Of a stretch of 64,000 nt of DNA, positions 58,870 to 64,000 are shown one piece after another (the stretch's first letter is position 1; the number at the start of each line of letters is the position of its first letter). The DNA comes from Chthoniobacterales bacterium (GTDB lineage Bacteria > Verrucomicrobiota > Verrucomicrobiia > Chthoniobacterales > Chthoniobacteraceae). The notes under the pieces are model-generated. The model saw only the letters and a list, made by a program, of their open reading frames with translations, made no database searches and had not been told where the DNA came from. The translations under genes and the position numbers were made by a program. Location of the stretch: assembly GCA_038207335.1 (NCBI GenBank), contig JBBQZX010000010.1, positions 96,379 through 160,378 on the forward strand, read 5' to 3'.

Positions 58870-60711
58870 CTACTTCATCATTCGGAGGATGAAGTCTTTT
58901 ACCTTCGGGATTTTACAGGCGGCGAGGACGGTCGCGGCGCGGATGCGGTCGGAGGCGATGGCAGGCTGGCAGGCGTACCAGGCGAGTAACGGGACATTTG
59001 GGTCGTCCTGATCCTCGGGGTGCGAGATGATCGCGGGGAGAACATCCCAGCGCTTTTCGATCGGCACCCGCTGCATGGCGCAGGCGACGGCGAGGCGCAC
59101 GATCGGCGAGTCGCTGTCGCGCGAGATTTGGGCGAATTTTCGCAGCGTGTTGGGGGATGGTGCGCCGTGTTCGCAGAGGAGCTGTACGGTCCATCCAGCG
59201 AGCCGCGGCTCTCTTTCCGAAAGCAGCGACATCGCGATTTTCTCAGGCACGCCGCCGGTCGCGTGGAGCGCCCACAGAGCGCGAAGCCGCTGCGGGAGGT
59301 CGAGCTTTGCGTCGTCGAGAATGGCGGTGAGTTGCGCTTGCGCCGCGGGATCTTCACCCCGCTCCTGCAACAGTCGCCGCGCGTGCCGCACCAGCCATTC
59401 GTTTTTCTCGAGTTGCAATTTTACCAGCTCATCCGTGCCGAGCTTCGCAAGGTCGAGCGTCGGCTGCGCCGGGGTGCCGTAGCTGATTTTGTAAATGCGG
59501 CCATTCGTCCGGTCATGCGGCTCCTGCTCGTGACAGGCGCGGGCGTCATACCAGTCGCAGATGAAAACCGAGCCGTCGGGCCCCATTTTCAGCGCGAGCC
59601 CGCGGAACCAGCGGTCGCCCGAGCGCATAAAATCCGGCATCCGGTCGCCGATGTATCCGCTGCCGAAAGGCGTGAGTGAATCCTCGTTCACGCGGTTGCC
59701 ATGGATGTTGTTCATCAGGATCGAGCCACGCATTTTCGCGGGCCAGCGGTCGCCGAGATAGACGAGCGCGCCGGCGTGAGCACTGCCGCCACCAGCGTTT
59801 TCGTTAGTGTTCGGACCGATGCGCGCGCCACGGATCCAGTCGCCGCCGGCGACGTGCCGGTGCTTCGCGATCGTCTTGATGTCCTCGAATGCCTCGGCAT
59901 TGAAATGCTGCCCGGACTGCCGCTGATACAGCCCGCCCGGCACGATATGGAAAAGATGCGGAAGCACGGAGGTCGTGATGAACGCCTGCCCGAAGTCGTC
60001 GAAATCGATGCCCCACGGATTGCTTGTGCCGTGCGCGAATGCCTCGAATTTTCGCTTCACCGGATGGTATCGCCAGACGCCCGCATTGATCGGCACGCGC
60101 GCGCCTTTCGCCGCACCGGGCGTGCCGACGAGCGAGTTGTCCGCGATGCCCTGGCAACCGTAAAGCCAGCCGTCCGGCCCCCACGCGAAGGAATTGATCA
60201 CCTCGTGCAAATCGTCGTGCGCCCAGCCATCCAGCAGGATTTCGGGCGCGCTGTCGGGCACATCGTCGCCGTTTTTGTCCGGGATGAAAAGGAGGTGCGG
60301 CGCCGAGCCGACGAAGACGCCACCGAAGCCGAGCTCGATCGAGCTCACGCAGTTCAGCTTGTCGTAGAAGACCGTCTTTTTGTCGAAATGACCGTCGCCG
60401 TCCGTGTCTTCAAGGATCACGATGCGATCGTGCCCCTCGGCGGACCACGTCGGGTACGAGAGGTTTTCGCAGACCCACAGCCGCCCGCGGTCATCGATCG
60501 CGAATGCAATCGGCTGCACGATGTCCGGCTCTGCAGCGAAGACTTTCGCCAAGAAGCCGTCCGGCAATTTCATCATCTTCACCGTCTCCTCCGGCGGCGT
60601 AGTGGAGCCCGGCTGCACCACCATGCCCGGCGCGTTCTGCGCCCCGCGGAGCGGCATGTACGCGACCGCCAGGACAAAAAGGAGGGAGCAGAAGCGCTTC
60701 ATCTTCGACAT
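58870..60711 (-). CDS. PVC-type membrane-bound dehydrogenase-like protein (beta-propeller + HEAT-like), no cytochrome c domain
   Basis: FAAEPDIVQPIAFAIDDRGRLWV, LEDTDGDG, WGPDGWLY, GTSNPWG, GPDGSVFICDWYD, GRIYKI. Start 60711 or 60702. Confidence 0.85.
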   Translation of the reverse strand: MSKMKRFCSLLFVLAVAYMPLRGAQNAPGMVVQPGSTTPPEETVKMMKLPDGFLAKVFAAEPDIVQPIAFAIDDRGRLWVCENLSYPTWSAEGHDRIVILEDTDGDGHFDKKTVFYDKLNCVSSIELGFGGVFVGSAPHLLFIPDKNGDDVPDSAPEILLDGWAHDDLHEVINSFAWGPDGWLYGCQGIADNSLVGTPGAAKGARVPINAGVWRYHPVKRKFEAFAHGTSNPWGIDFDDFGQAFITTSVLPHLFHIVPGGLYQRQSGQHFNAEAFEDIKTIAKHRHVAGGDWIRGARIGPNTNENAGGGSAHAGALVYLGDRWPAKMRGSILMNNIHGNRVNEDSLTPFGSGYIGDRMPDFMRSGDRWFRGLALKMGPDGSVFICDWYDARACHEQEPHDRTNGRIYKISYGTPAQPTLDLAKLGTDELVKLQLEKNEWLVRHARRLLQERGEDPAAQAQLTAILDDAKLDLPQRLRALWALHATGGVPEKIAMSLLSEREPRLAGWTVQLLCEHGAPSPNTLRKFAQISRDSDSPIVRLAVACAMQRVPIEKRWDVLPAIISHPEDQDDPNVPLLAWYACQPAIASDRIRAATVLAACKIPKVKDFILRMMK

Positions 60712-60806
60712 CAGACTACACCCGACACTGCCGAAAAAATGAACAGCGGATTCCGCGGATGATTTTCGCAAACCAATTCCTCTTCCGCGCATCCGCAGTT
60801 CCCCCC

Positions 60807-60843
60807 AAAAAACAGGCCGGCGCCCGTTCTGAGCGCCGGCCTG
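60807..60843 (-). terminator. Rho-independent terminator after the HtrA gene
   Basis: CAGGCCGGCGC...GCGCCGGCCTG stem followed by six T on the minus strand. Confidence 0.8.
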
Positions 60844-60873
60844 CCCCAACCAAGGAAATTTTTCAAATCGAAT

Positions 60874-62328
60874 TTACCGCTCCTTTTCAAGCACCGCAAA
60901 AGTCCGTTTGCCATTCCGATCGACGTTCAGCAACACGCCCTTTTTGCCCCTCACATCGGTCGCGCCGATCGCAGTAAGCGCGCCAGCAGCACTGGTCACA
61001 CGCTTCGTCTCCACTTCTGTGATGAGGTCTTCCACGTGAATATCCGCCTTCGCCGCCGCGCTGTCCGGCGCGACTTTCACCACAACCGGCCCGCCTTTCG
61101 CGCGGTCGCGCAGCGTCAGCCCCCAGCCCTCCGCCTTCGCATCCGCGGACTTCTTCGGCGCGAGATTCGCCACCTTCGTCACATCGCTCGGAATCTCTCC
61201 CGTCGTCACGGGCACCTTCAACATCGTCGGCCCGCGGAAAACCGTGAGCTGCACACTCTGCCCTACTTTTTTCTTCAGGATTTCCTTTTGAAATTCATGC
61301 GCCGTCGCGAGCCGCACGCCATCGACTTCCACGATAATATCCGCCGGCCGCAGGTCACTGTGATACGCTGGCGCATTCGCCTCCACCGTCCGCACCACGA
61401 CCCCGCGATCGACGCTCGCCCGCTCGCGCAACTCCGCGTTGTCGCTCAGCGATTCGATGCGGATGCCGAGCCACGGCCGCTGCACGCGTCCATTCGCCAT
61501 GAGCTGCGCGCTGATGTCGGTGAGCATGTTCGACGGAATCGCAAACGCCAGCCCCCGCCCGATGCCATTGATGAGCGTATTCATCCCGATGATGCGCCCC
61601 TCCACATCGAAAAGCGGCCCGCCGCTATTGCCCGGATTGATGAACGCATCCGTCTGAATGTAGTCCTCGTAAAGGATCGTGTTCGAGCTCGGCCCTAGCA
61701 GATTCGTGCGCCCCTTTCCGCTCACCCAGCCGCACGTGAAGCTGAAATCCTGATTGTATGGCGCGCCGATCGCACAAACGAGCTGGCCGACGCGCAGCTT
61801 GTCGCTGTCGCCGAGTTCTGCCACAGGAAAATCGCGCCCCTCGATCTTCACGACCGCGATGTCCGTCTTGTCGTCCGTGCCGATGAGCTTGCCCGGCAGC
61901 GAGCGCCCATCTTTCAGCCGCACGACGAGCTTCTCCGCATCCGCGACGACATGATGATTCGTCAAAATGAACCCGTCCGCGCGAACGATGAACCCGCTCC
62001 CTTCGCTGCGAGTCGGCACCTTCGGAAGACGCCATTGCGGCGAACGCTCGGCTCCTTTTTCACTCTGCTTCCCGCCCTTTTTCGCGGCACCGTCTTTGAG
62101 AAAATCGAGCTCGTCGATGCCATCTTCATCCTCATCCGCGTCCGCCTTTTTCGTCGCCTCTATCACCACCACCGCAGGCGCGACTTTCTCGAAAACCGCG
62201 ACAAACCCTTCGTCGATCTGCTTCAAAATACTGAGCGCCGGGGCTGGCTTTTCCGCATCCGCCGCGCGCACCGCTGGGCTCGCCAGCAGCGCGAGCGAGA
62301 TGAGTGTGGGAAAGGCGAGGCGCGACAT
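60874..62328 (-). CDS. DegP/HtrA-family serine protease with two PDZ domains
   Basis: GSGFIV..LTNHHVV, TDIAVVKI, IQTDAFINPGNSGGPL, RPWLGI. Confidence 0.95.
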   Translation of the reverse strand: MSRLAFPTLISLALLASPAVRAADAEKPAPALSILKQIDEGFVAVFEKVAPAVVVIEATKKADADEDEDGIDELDFLKDGAAKKGGKQSEKGAERSPQWRLPKVPTRSEGSGFIVRADGFILTNHHVVADAEKLVVRLKDGRSLPGKLIGTDDKTDIAVVKIEGRDFPVAELGDSDKLRVGQLVCAIGAPYNQDFSFTCGWVSGKGRTNLLGPSSNTILYEDYIQTDAFINPGNSGGPLFDVEGRIIGMNTLINGIGRGLAFAIPSNMLTDISAQLMANGRVQRPWLGIRIESLSDNAELRERASVDRGVVVRTVEANAPAYHSDLRPADIIVEVDGVRLATAHEFQKEILKKKVGQSVQLTVFRGPTMLKVPVTTGEIPSDVTKVANLAPKKSADAKAEGWGLTLRDRAKGGPVVVKVAPDSAAAKADIHVEDLITEVETKRVTSAAGALTAIGATDVRGKKGVLLNVDRNGKRTFAVLEKER

Positions 62329-62427
62329 ACCGGGCTCTTCACAGACAGGCGCTCACGCCTCGCGTTCAAAGCCAAAATGAAAACTTTCTCCCACCGCGTC
62401 GCGCTCCTACCCTCGCCCACTTTTTCC

Positions 62428-63597
62428 ATGGCCGGCCTCGTCATCAAACCCCGCTCCCGCATCCTCCACGGCCACGACTGGGTCTATGCCAGCGAGATCC
62501 TCAAGCGCTTCGGCAACCCGCAGGATGGCGACGTCGTCTCCCTCAAAGACGGCGCCGACCGCACCCTCGGCACCGCCATTTACAACTCTCGCTCGCAGAT
62601 CATCGCCCGCCGCATCTCGCGCCAGCGGCAGGAGCTCGACGCCGACTTTTTCGAGCGCCGCATCCGGCTCGCGGTGGAATATCGCGAGCGCCGCGGCCTC
62701 GACCCGCGCCTCTGCCGCGTCATCTGGAGCGAGAGCGACGGCCTCCCCGGCATCATCGTCGATCGCTACGGCGACCACCTCGTCCTCCAGACGCTCACGC
62801 TCGCGATGGATCAGCGGAAAAATCTCATCGTCGATGCTCTCCGCGCCGTCCTCGACCCTCGCTCCATCGTCGAGCGCAACGACTCGCCCATCCGCAAAGC
62901 CGAGGGCATGGAACTCGTCACCGGAATGCTCCTCGGCGACGCTCCCGAGCCATTCGCGATCACCGCGGGCGGCGTCGAGTTCGAGGTCGATCTCGTGCGC
63001 GGACAAAAGACCGGCTTTTACCTCGACCAGCTCGCCAACTACTCCGAAATCGCCAAGTTCGCCGCCGGCCGCCGCGTCCTCGATTGCTTCGCCAATCAAG
63101 GCGCCTTCGCCCTCGCCTGCGCCCGTGCCGGAGCCACCAGCGTCACCGCCATCGAGATCAGCGCCGACGCCACCGAGCAGATCAAAAGCAACGCCCGCCG
63201 CAACCAGCTCAACGTCGAGGCGCGCGCCGCCAATGTCTTCGACGCCCTCAAAGACTACGAGCGCAGCGGCGCGCAATTCGACCTCGTCATCCTCGACCCG
63301 CCCTCTTTTACAAAAAGCAAAAGCACCCTCAACGACGCCCTCCGCGGCTACAAAGACATCCACCTCCGCGCGCTGAAACTCCTCTCCCCCGACGGCCTCC
63401 TCGCCACCTTCTGCTGCTCCCACCACGTCAGCAGCGAAATCTTCAAAGAGGTCATCAACGAGGCCACCGTCGATGCCCGCAAAACCGTCCGCCAGCTCGC
63501 CTTCTACACCCAAGGCCCCGACCACCCCATCATCCCCACCCTGCCCGAAACCGAGTATCTCAAAGGCTTCCTCTTCGAACTCGCGCCAGCCCGATAA
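62428..63597 (+). CDS. RlmI-family SAM-dependent rRNA methyltransferase
   Basis: GHDWVY (PUA), ESDGLPGIIVDRY, GQKTGFYLDQ, FDLVILDPPSF, ETEYLKG. Confidence 0.9.
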   Translation: MAGLVIKPRSRILHGHDWVYASEILKRFGNPQDGDVVSLKDGADRTLGTAIYNSRSQIIARRISRQRQELDADFFERRIRLAVEYRERRGLDPRLCRVIWSESDGLPGIIVDRYGDHLVLQTLTLAMDQRKNLIVDALRAVLDPRSIVERNDSPIRKAEGMELVTGMLLGDAPEPFAITAGGVEFEVDLVRGQKTGFYLDQLANYSEIAKFAAGRRVLDCFANQGAFALACARAGATSVTAIEISADATEQIKSNARRNQLNVEARAANVFDALKDYERSGAQFDLVILDPPSFTKSKSTLNDALRGYKDIHLRALKLLSPDGLLATFCCSHHVSSEIFKEVINEATVDARKTVRQLAFYTQGPDHPIIPTLPETEYLKGFLFELAPAR

Positions 63598-63632
63598 TCA
63601 GAGCAACTCGCCAAATTAAAAATCACCCTCTC

Positions 63633-64000
63633 ATGCTTCGCATCAAACCCTTCCGCGGCCTCCGCCCCTCCCCCGCGCTCGTCTCCGAAGTCGCCTGCGT
63701 CCCCTACGACGTCGTCAACCGCGACGAATCCGCCGCCCTCGCCGCCGGCCATCCCGACAGCCTCCTCCACGTCGATCGCGCCGAAATCGACCTCCCGCCC
63801 GACACCGACCCCTACTCCGACGCCGTCTATCAAAAAGCGCGCGAAAACTTCCTCGCCATGCAACAGCGCGGCGCACTCATCCGCGAGACCGAGCCCTGCA
63901 TCTACCTCTACCAGCAGCGCATGGGCGGCCACATCCAGACCGGCATCGCCGCCGTCTGCCACATCGATGACTACGAAAACGACATCATCAAAAAGCACGA
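63633..64000 (+). CDS. DUF1015 family protein, partial
   Basis: Hand translation MLRIKPFRGLRP...PYDVVN...SLLHVDRAEIDL...IYLYQQ...IIKKH; open at the window end. Confidence 0.88.
   Translation, partial: MLRIKPFRGLRPSPALVSEVACVPYDVVNRDESAALAAGHPDSLLHVDRAEIDLPPDTDPYSDAVYQKARENFLAMQQRGALIRETEPCIYLYQQRMGGHIQTGIAAVCHIDDYENDIIKKH

Noticed and set aside
61951..62427. N-terminal extension of the RlmI-like ORF
   Set aside because: It overlaps the HtrA gene antisense; family similarity starts at Met 62428.

Overview
High-GC bacterial chromosome segment. Gene content (PEP-CTERM, autotransporter-associated beta-strand repeats, DUF1080, PVC-type proteins, prepilin-like proteins) points to Verrucomicrobiota, probably Chthoniobacterales-like; this is an inference. 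The right third is housekeeping: a partial type II secretion-like cluster, purA, uppS, a sigma-54 activator, a class IV aminotransferase, mfd, an HtrA protease, an RlmI-like methyltransferase and DUF1015. The left and middle are accessory. They hold a tRNA(CAU), a cyclase-Ser/Thr kinase-TM-TPR fusion divergent from a 2324-aa Calx-beta metzincin, GT4-glgB and a lone prepilin. A ~14 kb lower-GC cassette follows (AraC, PEP-CTERM repeat protein, frameshifted M60 peptidase, esterase, sulfatase), bounded by a decayed copy of the sulfatase 3' end, then a giant lamin-tail/CotH protein, S10 peptidase, GH76 and an NHL protein. Best leads: (1) a C-terminal domain shared by three unrelated giant exoproteins, a candidate sorting signal; (2) the cyclase-kinase receptor paired with a protease carrying a YHS/TRASH-like Cys motif; (3) the sulfatase-repeat-bounded cassette; (4) a sigma-54 activator with a natural Asp-to-Glu phosphoacceptor change. 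No CRISPR array, rRNA, transposase or integrase was seen. All family calls are motif recognition by eye; no searches were run.
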